From sequence record SRR2962707_3740: a DNA stretch of 62,912 nucleotides; one strand, written 5' to 3'. Every line of letters starts with the position of its first letter. The first letter of the stretch is position 1. Both the position numbers and the translations under genes were made by a program. Positions 41,101 to 47,736 of this stretch are shown here, one piece after another. Under the pieces are notes generated by a model. It made no database searches. It was not told the DNA's origin and worked only from the letters and a program-made list of their open reading frames with translations.

Positions 41101-42706
41101 CATAGAATTCAACAACCGTGTCGGTTGCCGCCGAAAGGGTGTCGTATTTGACAGTGAATTCCTTGATGAAAATGCTGTCGCTGCTGATCGCCTGATCGAT
41201 CAGTGTACTATTGGTCAGGACCGTGCCGTTATAAAGCGTGATCGATGTGATGGTGCCGCCACTTCCTGCTGTGATCGCGGTAACCTGTATCTGATCTGGC
41301 AGTGGTTGGGTGACGACAACATTGGTCAAGGTTTGCCCGATGGCGGGTGTCGCCGTCAGGGTCAGGCTGTGGACATAGTTCGGACCGGTGGTGACTTCCC
41401 CTTCGGGTGCATTGACCGACTGGCTGATCGAAATGATTGTCGGATGGACGACAAAATCATGTGTAGATGCTTCAATCAAAGACGGATCGGTGGTCGGGTT
41501 ATCAAGCGAATCATTGCCAAATTCAAACCCGCCACGCACCTTGATCGTCAAATCGGGGCTGCCGTTTGATTGTGCCGTATCGGCAAGATTGCTGAGTGCT
41601 GCAGTAATGTCGACCGATATGGTCGGCTGATCTTGCGACACGCTGGCGAACGGCAGTTGAACCACCACCAACTGATCACCGGCCTGAAGGCCATATGTCG
41701 CAGCATTGATCACCACCGCATTGCCACTGCTGTCTTTGGCTATCGGGTGGGTGGCATTGCCGTCCGCATCAAAGGTAATGGTATGGGACGTCAGGGTCTG
41801 ATCAAGATATTTGGCCGAAATAAAGGTGACACCATCATCGGCCTCGGCTCCTGCGCCATCTTTGCCTGTCGCCGGAAAGAACAGATCAAGATAGGGCGCG
41901 AACCCGACTTGGGAGCTGTTATTTGCAAAATCGACCGTAAAGGTGAACTGATCCCCAAGAAGGACGTCGCTGCCTGATCCGACCGAAACCAGCGGATCGG
42001 CGTCGACAAGCAAACCGTCGTAGTTTGCCATGACTTCCGCGTTCAGCGCGTTGGCCTTATCGATAACGCCAACCTGGGTTTCAAGAACCCAGTCGCCGCC
42101 AAGGGCACTGGCCCCGGTTTCATCATCGGATGCGGCTACATCCGCCCCCGTGATGTCGGCCAACCTGGAAACGAGTACCTGTCCGGCCGACCCGGCACCA
42201 ATGTTACAGCCATAGAGTTGAATATCGGCATCTTCGGAAAGATGATCGCGCCAGTCTGAAAAGCTGTCTGACAGGGCATCGATGGTTTGCGCAGTGATCT
42301 GGCTGCTGCCCAGAACAAATTGTCCGGATGCGCCATGCGAAAGGATCTGGATGGACTCAACTTCACCAATCTCGTCAAGGGCGGCAGAAATGGCATCCAC
42401 ACCGTTTGTGCCACTGTCAACGATCAGAACGCTGACATTCGCACCAAGGTTTGCTGTGAGTTCGGAAAGATTATCGACCCGGCCATCAATAACCAAAAGA
42501 TGGGAGCCCGATGAAGGTGTCTCTGTGGTGGTGGGTTCGGGATGTGTTTGATCAGCGGCATCGCTGTGATCGCTGCTGCCGTCTTGATGGCTGGTATCCT
42601 GATGTTCTACAGCGACCGCAGCCGCCCCATCAAACAGAATCCTCGGTTCAAGCGCCAGAGTGTGACTGACTGGCCTGAACGGATTCCGCACAGTGTCGTC
42701 TCGCAT
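32144..42706 (-). CDS. Giant (3520 aa) repetitive surface protein/adhesin: LEPR-XLL leader, DUF4347, DUF11/isopeptide-like Ig domains, SdrD-B-like domain, cadherin-like domain, ~9 VCBS repeats, Pro-rich tail
   Basis: LALEPRILFDG; ILSHGASG...LYGCNIG...ASDDETG...GGDWVLE (DUF4347); PGDTLRYTL, VGESMLYDIVVTLPEG, VGEIIRYRVVVLLPEG; repeated NDAPVA..D...GNVLTNDTDVD...YGTLT...DG.YSY. Confidence 0.92.
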   Translation of the reverse strand: MRDDTVRNPFRPVSHTLALEPRILFDGAAAVAVEHQDTSHQDGSSDHSDAADQTHPEPTTTETPSSGSHLLVIDGRVDNLSELTANLGANVSVLIVDSGTNGVDAISAALDEIGEVESIQILSHGASGQFVLGSSQITAQTIDALSDSFSDWRDHLSEDADIQLYGCNIGAGSAGQVLVSRLADITGADVAASDDETGASALGGDWVLETQVGVIDKANALNAEVMANYDGLLVDADPLVSVGSGSDVLLGDQFTFTVDFANNSSQVGFAPYLDLFFPATGKDGAGAEADDGVTFISAKYLDQTLTSHTITFDADGNATHPIAKDSSGNAVVINAATYGLQAGDQLVVVQLPFASVSQDQPTISVDITAALSNLADTAQSNGSPDLTIKVRGGFEFGNDSLDNPTTDPSLIEASTHDFVVHPTIISISQSVNAPEGEVTTGPNYVHSLTLTATPAIGQTLTNVVVTQPLPDQIQVTAITAGSGGTITSITLYNGTVLTNSTLIDQAISSDSIFIKEFTVKYDTLSAATDTVVEFYVPEADSDGDLVLNPTTGDDVTITVDGPTGSGNWVPLDERDLEDDAENIEFTGTGSSTSFVAKSITVEKSATVAIDNGQSGLTPGDTLRYTLDLAISDYFAFGEDFFENGSFVITDTLSDGQTLVGSPPATFTYTMNGASHTIDLTGTANQSTDSNGVTTVTLDIAEALRNSGLTLGALIGDLAFDDTQVGATLGVISYSAVLSQNYTSGSTPKNAINEGDAISNSASVTATILQDALNLTGSDESDDSSTSHTLAHRSIDITISDVNGSTPPSNVELNPGDVVTFTLNYDLLTSDYEDFVLTAYLPLPLFDVGVSGTTWSMGSGTDTWNFGGDNTNAGSAPTVTSAAGNAIEFDFGDFDTSSTDGSTIEVQFTMTVGDQPYADQRSINVLAQSSQSTTLTAQTLVSSDVAPISSIAEPVLTMSHGVVSSSNGTVSGTTGTWSAPGTTGTPFSGNVNDITAIDGSVTDIDGGDLLRLATAIENTGGGGAFDVATSITLPTGLSFANGTLTDANLQVYRGDGTLLVLDTDYSVSGNTISFLDNGGVATLLAGRDGTSADTNGSNLVVITYDVEVNDAIDASTTLQSTATLGNYASVDGGTDFTSTDLTDTADQQVAAPEIRKNFADGSLDNSDSSASHTTGSDLVVGESMLYDIVVTLPEGTTQSLQIDDLVPSGMSLDTSFNGSGYQLITLTSESGALSNDFAGTVTISGLAAVSGSLGDDGVDGRFSFSASTTTADNDTGNNSFVIRVRLVAENVAANQAGTTRQNNAELTYSDPDGDTANGSTPQNRTVALSDGKPTITLREPTLTIDQTVVTSTTLGFDEGDDVEFTITITNGNSDTDFDAFDISLASTLPTELDGLTIAGITYSGGATNNGGADFEIDVGSGVLQTIAGANVDITKGGSIVIRVTGTVNDTAASEANFSNTAEVRWTSMDGASAGTGERTGEDGTLGGGTLNDYRRSDTLTFPVAQAILVSRVGGLPDTAAPDPTDASNETVAVGEIIRYRVVVLLPEGSNPNYQLEVTLDNGLEFIDENDNAMLVGFISDSGLTTDAPLITGGTLAISGNQDSAEAQSIDPNLADGAPTGVLNPAQVSIAGQVVTFDFGNISNSEVDSDREGIVLEFNVRVANVAASSAGAALGMQVQEIRNGTNGAQSDTFTETVVEPSFNSVDKTVTDFDPNPSGSTGTATVELSFTQDGGAPAFNTNVTDDFTGGTNYDLISIKINDTTYTAGNLPSGITFSETGGISVDFDQIDVDDSVVVTYSVDVPNGIAIASTDASLTWSSLPEDFTSWGGNSVGTDGDSDGERTGSGVGANTYVLTEGAGLGVISGTLWNDTSTAAADGANTTPDGGATGLDGLTVTLTWAGADGDLTTTADNLVFTTSTDANGEYSFGVLPSGNYRIDTPTDTVTYAQPVGDLEVRIDTDGTGGTLGQVDITLGEGGTDTADAGYVEQNDAPVNTLPGNQTVNEDTSIAISGISIDDIDSDRGGVSELQVTLTVLQGTVTVNLSGATIVSGSNGSATLTLRGTKADINATLANNVTYQGTSNYNGTDTLTVTTTDRGNYGDADDDGTPGETSDDALTDTDSLQITVNAVNDLPSANDDTAAATEAGGNDNLTPGVDPRGNLLTNDTDVDIATNDDELRVTDVTLDGTLDTYTISSGGSATIPGLYGSLVVQSDGRYQYVVDNDNAAVQALRLSGNTLSEVFSYTVSDTADATDTATFTVTISGANDAPVGVDDTGSATEAGGVSNGTPGSDATGNVLTNDTDVDSVANGETKTVSGVRAVPKDESGALTAVDINPSNDTEITGTYGTLTINSDGDYSYVIDNSNTDVQALSAGDTLTEVFSYQVTDAAGLNDLANLTITINGANDNPVATNNVAVAQAANSSLGDTDAAESNPSGNVITNDTGDGADSDVDSADQPNTNLRVSGINSENLNAAGALTSISSGATEVAVTGEYGTLYISSDGTARYNVDSENVDVIALPSGSPEDEVFTYEITDTNGLTTTATITITVYGANDDPVAQDAFAIAQESGGVNNATAGSNPTGDVTSRDVDPDGDPLTVVAIRTGPSGGGGTSGTIGVALTGTYGSLTLNSDGTYSYVVDNTNTTVEALRNTTNTVTERFTYTIEDGGGLQDTAEIVIVIRGQNDAPVAVDDSATAVEAGGESNNSPGTDPSGNVLTNDTDVDSTANGETKEVSAIRTGAEAASGTSGTVGSELRGTYGWLTVNEDGSYSYRLDNSNATVQALRNSGNTLSDTFTYTVSDKAGASDNAAITITIQGANDTPTASNDTAIAVEAGGTNNGTAGTNPTGNVLTNDSDVDANGESLSVSAVRQGTTIGTVGSGLAGSYGTLTLTSSGSYSYVVDNSNAAVQALRSSTQTLTETFTYTTRDLAGATSTATLTVTIRGANDAPVAVNDTATATEAGGTNNGSAGVDPTGNVLTNDTDVDSSDTKSVTGIRTGSESASGSILSVSGSRTVTGTYGTLTIAANGTFTYAVNNSLASVQALKAGDSLSESFTYRLSDGSGATDLAEIAITINGAWDAPVAVNNFAYAVAENAENTAKNPEGNVLTNDTDVDSGDSKYVNGARTGSESAGGALDAVTSNTSKDDGTELVGTYGTLTIGADGTYRYVVDSTNTDLINLPAQGSKTEIFTYQVVDDGGQTDIAQLTVIIRGRNDAPVAVDDTNTASDQTQAPHATGNVIPNDTDTDDVNSLEVIAIRTGAEDGTGTEGTLGTSIQGKYGTLTLNADGSYSYAIDLRNSEVLAAAGLGTVLKDEFTYTLSDDWGATDQANLTINLDIAAPFVPAPEGNGLRGGNQPGDFVVTQPPPPPLGDPTPAVFVTPTVQINSSVNEAVNSQTNGADILLGLPAFIRSQSIGSGLGDITGQFVGGSVGSSEFESSLDLAVFVGRQGRVDLNADGLLSDPSLFAPFSNGLTNDGGLTTAAIDTAPPKSASNFTAQLQQAGQQLPPTAIPTIPTAPNAPVSPDSSA
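32720..36325 (-). repeat. About nine tandem ~130-aa VCBS/cadherin-like repeats in the giant protein
   Basis: Repeat starts NDLP, NDAP, NDNP, NDDP, NDAP, NDTP, NDAP, WDAP, NDAP; diverged at DNA level. Confidence 0.85.
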
Positions 42707-42956
42707 TCCAACCGAACCCTTAGGGTGATTATCATTATATTGATTTCAATTATCGTCTCATTTTTCACCTGCTGCGACAATAAGATATTCGCGTTTAAAT
42801 GCGTATTAGTTTGTTCTTATTCGCTTTTTGGGCGCACTGACTATAGATGTTGTGTTGTGCGTACAAAGGGATACAGCCCCGGTCAGGGGACTCGCATGAG
42901 GCTTTTGAAAAAAATCACCCACAGATTTCCGGTGCGTTTTTTGTGTCTTTCGGGTG

Positions 42957-43120
42957 TCAGGACACCACGCTTGGCAACCAGTTGGCCCGCGACGGCCGCA
43001 GCCAGACAACGATGATGCAAAACAGCTGCAGAGCAATAAACGGGATAACGCCCCGAAAGATCCGGCCGCTGGTGATTTCCGATGGCGCGGTACTGCGCAG
43101 GTAAAACAGCGAGAACCAAA
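42957..43120 (-). pseudogene. C-terminal remnant of a TRAP large permease (dctM)
   Basis: Translates FSLFYLRSTAPSEITSGRIFRGVIPFIALQLFCIIVVWLRPSRANWLPSVVS*, a typical DctM C-terminus; no start or upstream homology. Confidence 0.75.
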
Positions 43121-43353
43121 TTGAGAGCAGATAAAGGAGCTTTCTCCGGGCCAGTCGAATGAAGCTATCTTACAACAGGAATTTTCTGCGCCCACACCTT
43201 CGGATACTTTCCTCCAACTTATGCCCAGCTTGGTATGAAACATGCTTTAATAGCATTCTATCCCCGAATTATGACAACTCAGGTGGCAATCATTCTTTAA
43301 AAAGTATGGGGAATTTGAGAGCGATGCAGCAATGCTCATATGATATGAACATT

Positions 43354-43499
43354 TGTCAGGTGCCATAAAAGCTGACACCTGACTTCTTTTTAAATCAACT
43401 AGTTAGCTTTTCCGGTTGCCAGAAAAGTTGACACTGATTGACACAAAAGATGACAAAAAGCTGCAGGATTGACAGAAAAGCTGACATTTTTCTTCTGAC
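43354..43499 (+). mobile_element. Tn7-family transposon end (left-end-like), element extending rightwards
   Basis: TGT+5 nt then first repeat; four 18-bp repeats, consensus TTGACAGAAAAGNTGACA (43360-77, 43416-33, 43438-55, 43469-86); IHF consensus AATCAA-CTAG-TTA at 43393-43405 between repeats 1 and 2. Confidence 0.7.
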
Positions 43500-43819
43500 G
43501 CAAAATTTAACCTCCGACACATAGAGTACAAGAGACTGCCCAGTCAGCCGTGTAAACTTAATCAGCGAACCGGACATCGCCTTTAAGCAATGCTAGCCTG
43601 ATGAGACAAACTTCTTTGCGGCAAGGGTCTGCATATCGACAAAGACAAAGTTGCTTTCACAACCAATCGAAAATTTTACAGGAGAAACACTATTAGATCA
43701 CAGTAAGTATCTGCTATATTTGGCCGATATTCCGACAGGCAACTATAATTAAAGCCCACACCTGTCTAACGTTCGCACATTGCACATAGTGAAACACTGC
43801 CTGTTAGGATCTTCGCCCC

Positions 43820-44554
43820 GTGAACCCCTTGCATTCCGATCAACATGTTCAAACCGGCACCCTTTCAAACATTGTTTATGAACGCATCCTGACGATGATC
43901 ATTAACAAAGAACTGTTGGTTGGTTCGAAACTGCCTACCGAACATGTTTTAAGTGAAAAAATGGAAGTATCACGCCCGGTTCTGCGACAAGCTCTTAAGC
44001 AATTGCGGGAAGATGGCGTTATCGTTTCACGGCGTGGATCTGGATCTTACGTCACTCGCAAACCAGAAAGTGCGGCAATGGAATTTGCCCCAGCTGGTTC
44101 TCTCGCAGATATCCAGAAGTCATTTGAATTCCGCGCCGCGATTGAAAGCGAAGCAGCCTTTCTTGCTGCTGAACGCAGGAGCGAGCGCGACATTCAACAT
44201 ATCACCTCACTGATCAAGGCACTCGACATTTGCGCCCAAAACGGTGAATTGGGAACGGATCTTGATGAAGAACTTCACGAGGCCATTTGTCTTGCATCTG
44301 GCAACACCTATTTCGTCAAGGCCCGGTCATCTATCAAGACAAACATCCTGACCGGGATGAATTTGACCCGCAGCCTTTCATTGACCAAACCAAAAACCCG
44401 CCTTGAAACCGTACAAGCAGAGCATTACGCAATTGTCGATGCTCTGAAACGGCGTGACAAGGAGGGTGCCCGGGTCGCCATGAGAACGCATCTGGAAAAA
44501 GCCCGTATTCGCGTCTTTGAGAGCGAAAGAAAGAACGACGACCTACTTAGTTAA
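43820..44554 (+). CDS. FadR-subfamily GntR regulator
   Basis: GSKLPTE..LSEKMEVSRPVLRQAL...SRRGSGSYV plus FCD domain. Confidence 0.92.
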   Translation: MNPLHSDQHVQTGTLSNIVYERILTMIINKELLVGSKLPTEHVLSEKMEVSRPVLRQALKQLREDGVIVSRRGSGSYVTRKPESAAMEFAPAGSLADIQKSFEFRAAIESEAAFLAAERRSERDIQHITSLIKALDICAQNGELGTDLDEELHEAICLASGNTYFVKARSSIKTNILTGMNLTRSLSLTKPKTRLETVQAEHYAIVDALKRRDKEGARVAMRTHLEKARIRVFESERKNDDLLS

Positions 44555-44604
44555 GGTCGCCTGCTACAAATCCAACTTTGCACGTCGCGTTCATATCTGT
44601 GGGA

Positions 44605-44967
44605 TTATTCTGCTTCTTTGGGCTTTTTATTCCAGCCATGCGCGTCCATAAAATCTTCGCGTCGCGGGGTAAAGGCATCAAGCAATATTCCTGCTTCCAG
44701 ACAAAGACATTTGTGAAACGCATGTGGCGGGATCAACATGGCATCGCCGGGATTGAGTATTTTGGTTTCTTCCTCAACAGTAAACTGAAAAGACCCTGAT
44801 GATACATAGGTTGTCTGGGTATGGGGATGGTTATGCCAAAGACCCTGACCGTCTTTTTCAAACCGAAATTCAACCATCATCAGTTCTTCATTCTCACACA
44901 GAATGCGCCGCTTAGCACCCGGACCTGAAGTCATCCATTCTGACGGACTATCTGAATTAACAATCAT
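44605..44967 (-). CDS. kdgF: Cupin, KdgF-like (unsaturated uronate processing)
   Basis: RRIL....LMMVE..F, H.HPHTQ..YV.SG.F, H...CLEAG.LLD.FTP.REDF. Confidence 0.8.
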   Translation of the reverse strand: MIVNSDSPSEWMTSGPGAKRRILCENEELMMVEFRFEKDGQGLWHNHPHTQTTYVSSGSFQFTVEEETKILNPGDAMLIPPHAFHKCLCLEAGILLDAFTPRREDFMDAHGWNKKPKEAE

Positions 44968-45025
44968 GCCTTCTCTCTTAGCTGTTTATACATTAATGGC
45001 AGAAGCAACCAATTACATGCTGTGC

Positions 45026-45055
45026 AAAAAATGGCCCGGCGAACCCGCCGGGCCA
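45026..45055 (-). terminator. Terminator after kdgK (last of three adjacent hairpins, 45026-45104)
   Basis: TGGCCCGGCG-AACC-CGCCGGGCCA plus a minus-strand U6 tract. Confidence 0.7.
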
Positions 45056-45133
45056 GTTAGGGTCTCGGGAGACCCATTTGCCGGCCACCAGGTGGGGCCG
45101 ACAAACTTACAAGATGGCAAACTGGCAAACCAA

Positions 45134-46039
45134 TCAGTCAACCAGCGCCCCCAATTTCGAGATGACTTTCGCGGCAAGTATCCCACCACATGCGACGGCA
45201 TCCGGGATATTCTCATCTTCAAGATAAGACGCCAGAAATCCTGCGTTAAACGCATCACCTGCAGCCGTCGTATCAACCGGATATTCGACTTTGGCCGGTG
45301 CCCAAGAAGACAATCCCCCTTGGGAGTTCTGCGCTACGACTTCGTGACCGCCATTCTTCACAACAATCACTTTGCCCGGTTCCGTTGCATATCGCCGGAT
45401 GGTTTCCTCGGGGGATTTATCCCCAAAATGGATGTGCTCATCCTCAAAAGACGGCAGAACAATATCGGCAACCTCACCGGCTTTGCTAATCACCGAACGC
45501 ATCGCATCGAAATTTTCCCAAAGATGAGGCCGCACATTCGGATCAAACGCGATCAAACTACCCTTAAGCCGTGCCTCTGCCAGTGCTGCAATGAAACCAC
45601 GTCGTTTCTCTGGACTAAGGATCGCAAGCGTTATGCCCGAAAAGAAGAGAACGCCTTTGCCTTCAAGAGAATGCTCAAACCGCTCTTTGTCGTCCATCAT
45701 CGCACGCGCCGCAGAGTTACTACGCCAATAGGAAAAGCTGCGCTCGCCTTCTTCTAGCCTCACAATATAAAGCCCCGGTGATCGGCCTGCCACAGTCACG
45801 ACATCTCCGGTGTTAACTCCTGCCTCGGCAAAGAAACGAAGCATTTCGGCTGACCAGTGATCATCGCCGACCGCCGTAAAGTAACCAACACTCCATGCAT
45901 CACGCATTTGCCGGCGGAGATACCATGCAGTGTTGAATGTATCGCCTGCAAAACCCGACTTGAAGTCACCACCTTGTAAAGGCGACATTTCAATCATGCA
46001 TTCCCCAATCAGGAGAATTGATCTGTCAATCAAAGCCAC
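45134..46039 (-). CDS. kdgK: 2-keto-3-deoxygluconate kinase (PfkB family)
   Basis: IGECMIE, FAGDTFNTAWYL, ERSFSYWR..SAAR, FDPNVRP.LW, DTTAAGDAFN. Confidence 0.9.
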   Translation of the reverse strand: MALIDRSILLIGECMIEMSPLQGGDFKSGFAGDTFNTAWYLRRQMRDAWSVGYFTAVGDDHWSAEMLRFFAEAGVNTGDVVTVAGRSPGLYIVRLEEGERSFSYWRSNSAARAMMDDKERFEHSLEGKGVLFFSGITLAILSPEKRRGFIAALAEARLKGSLIAFDPNVRPHLWENFDAMRSVISKAGEVADIVLPSFEDEHIHFGDKSPEETIRRYATEPGKVIVVKNGGHEVVAQNSQGGLSSWAPAKVEYPVDTTAAGDAFNAGFLASYLEDENIPDAVACGGILAAKVISKLGALVD

Positions 46040-46137
46040 GCGCTGTTCCTGACATACCGCCCATCTAAACCAAGATGCTAACCGGGATCAGAACGCCCCA
46101 ACCCCGTTCAGCATAGATCACAAAGCAAGACGCCGTA

Positions 46138-46899
46138 TTACGGCATCAACTGCCCGCCATTGACCTCAACAGCCTGACCGGTGATGTATCCGGCAAGTTC
46201 ATCAGATGCGAGGAACAGATAAGCACCAACACAATCATCCGGTGTTCCCAAACGCTTCATCGGAATACTTGCCGTAATGTTCTTAAGGACTTCCGGGCTG
46301 GTATGTTTTTCATGGAACAGGGTGTAAATCGTGCCTGGAGAAACAGAGTTAAAGCGAATACCGTCAGCAGCATGTTCCTTAGCATACGTCTTGATCAAAT
46401 TCTGAACTGCCGCCTTGGACGCAGCATAAAGACTTGCACCAGCACCCCCGCCCGTTTTTGAAGCAACAGACCCAGTGATGATGACGTTGCCTTCTGATTT
46501 TTTCAAGTGTGGCAAAGCTGCAGAACAGGTCGAAACAACAGAACGCACGTTAAGGTTCATAACGCTGTCATAGAATTCATCGGAAATGACATCCAGACCG
46601 ACACGATCAACCAACCCGCCTGCGTTGCAGACCAACACATCGATCCGGCCAAATTTGGCGACAACATCCTGTACCATTTTCTTTACAGCAGCAGTATCAC
46701 GCAGATCGGCAGGGAACAGTTCAGCTTCACCAGACTGGCCCACAATTTCGGCCAGAACTTCTTTTGCTTCAGCGTGGCTCGATCCATAGTTGATTGCAAC
46801 CTTTGCACCGCTTTTGGCAAAACCCTTGGCAACAGCTGCGCCAATACCTGTGCTTGCACCTGTCACGAGAACTACTTTGTCGTCAAAACGTATCGTCAT
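46138..46899 (-). CDS. SDR resembling DEH (4-deoxy-L-erythro-5-hexoseulose uronate) reductase
   Basis: TGASTGIG, NAGGLVDR, GGGAGASLYAASKA, PGTI.T.FH, GYITGQ..EVNGGQ recall Sphingomonas A1-R/A1-R'; adjacent to kdgK and kdgF. Confidence 0.75.
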   Translation of the reverse strand: MTIRFDDKVVLVTGASTGIGAAVAKGFAKSGAKVAINYGSSHAEAKEVLAEIVGQSGEAELFPADLRDTAAVKKMVQDVVAKFGRIDVLVCNAGGLVDRVGLDVISDEFYDSVMNLNVRSVVSTCSAALPHLKKSEGNVIITGSVASKTGGGAGASLYAASKAAVQNLIKTYAKEHAADGIRFNSVSPGTIYTLFHEKHTSPEVLKNITASIPMKRLGTPDDCVGAYLFLASDELAGYITGQAVEVNGGQLMP

Positions 46900-46943
46900 T
46901 GTCTGATCCTTAGTCTTTTGATTCTAGTACGTTTGGGTTTCAA

Positions 46944-47654
46944 TCAACCCACTGATTCTTGGTATTTTTTCAAGGTTTCTGCATTTGGCGGATAAAGACC
47001 GATGATGCTTTCGCCATTGCTGACACGCTCATAGACATAGGCCTCGAACGCCTCCATTTTTGGGAGTTCTTCGGCAAGTTCCTCTACCAGGTTGAGCGGC
47101 ACAATGACCACGCCATCACCATCACCAACCACTAAATCACCCGGGAACACAGGGGCCCCGCCGCAACCAATCGGAACATTGATGTCAATTGCTTGATGGA
47201 GCGTGAGATTGGTCGGCGCAGAAGGGTTCGCGCAAAAAGCCGGCATAGCAAGCGATGCGATATTTTCCGCATCCCGCAAGCCGCCATCCGTCACAATGCC
47301 GGCACAGCCACGCACTTCAAGACGCTTGGCCAGAATACTACCGGCAGATGCCGCATTGGAATCCCGACGGCAATCCATAACAAGAACCTGCCCGGCAGGA
47401 ACCGTTTCGACCGCATAACGCTGTGGATGCTTCGGGTCTTTGAACACTTCAAGCGTGTTAAGATCTTCACGAGCCGGGATGTATCGCAGCGTGAAAGCTT
47501 GACCAACCATACGTTCATGATCTTTTCCAAGCGGTACAACCCCTTGGACAAAGTTATTGCGGATGCCGCGCTTATAGAGTTGCGTGCAAAGGCTTGCAGT
47601 TGAAGCCGTGCGAAAGACATTCATGATGTCTTCACTGAGAATTTTGATTTCCAT
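46944..47654 (-). CDS. RraA/HMG-CHA aldolase family protein
   Basis: G.AFTLRYIPARED, GIVTDGGLRD, PGDLVVGDGDGVV. Confidence 0.85.
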   Translation of the reverse strand: MEIKILSEDIMNVFRTASTASLCTQLYKRGIRNNFVQGVVPLGKDHERMVGQAFTLRYIPAREDLNTLEVFKDPKHPQRYAVETVPAGQVLVMDCRRDSNAASAGSILAKRLEVRGCAGIVTDGGLRDAENIASLAMPAFCANPSAPTNLTLHQAIDINVPIGCGGAPVFPGDLVVGDGDGVVIVPLNLVEELAEELPKMEAFEAYVYERVSNGESIIGLYPPNAETLKKYQESVG

Positions 47655-47736
47655 TAGGAACTCTCCTGAAGGTCAGATGGCATAACACCGGCAATCGCGA
47701 ACTGCACTGGTTCAAGCACGCTCGCAAACCGGCCAG

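Noticed and set aside
32144-42706. Giant protein as a classical RTX/LapA adhesin or toxin
   Set aside because: No RTX nonapeptides, no recognisable toxin domain, and no linked ABC, LapD or LapG genes.
42707-43350. c-di-GMP riboswitch upstream of the giant adhesin
   Set aside because: I could not find the GCAAA...GAAA...GACGCAAAG core on the sense strand, and part of the region is a dctM remnant. An Infernal search would be decisive.
43360-43486. 18-bp repeats as a mini CRISPR array or plasmid iterons
   Set aside because: Irregular spacing (56/22/31 bp), short non-palindromic units and no cas or rep gene; the TGT terminus plus IHF site fits a Tn7-family end better.
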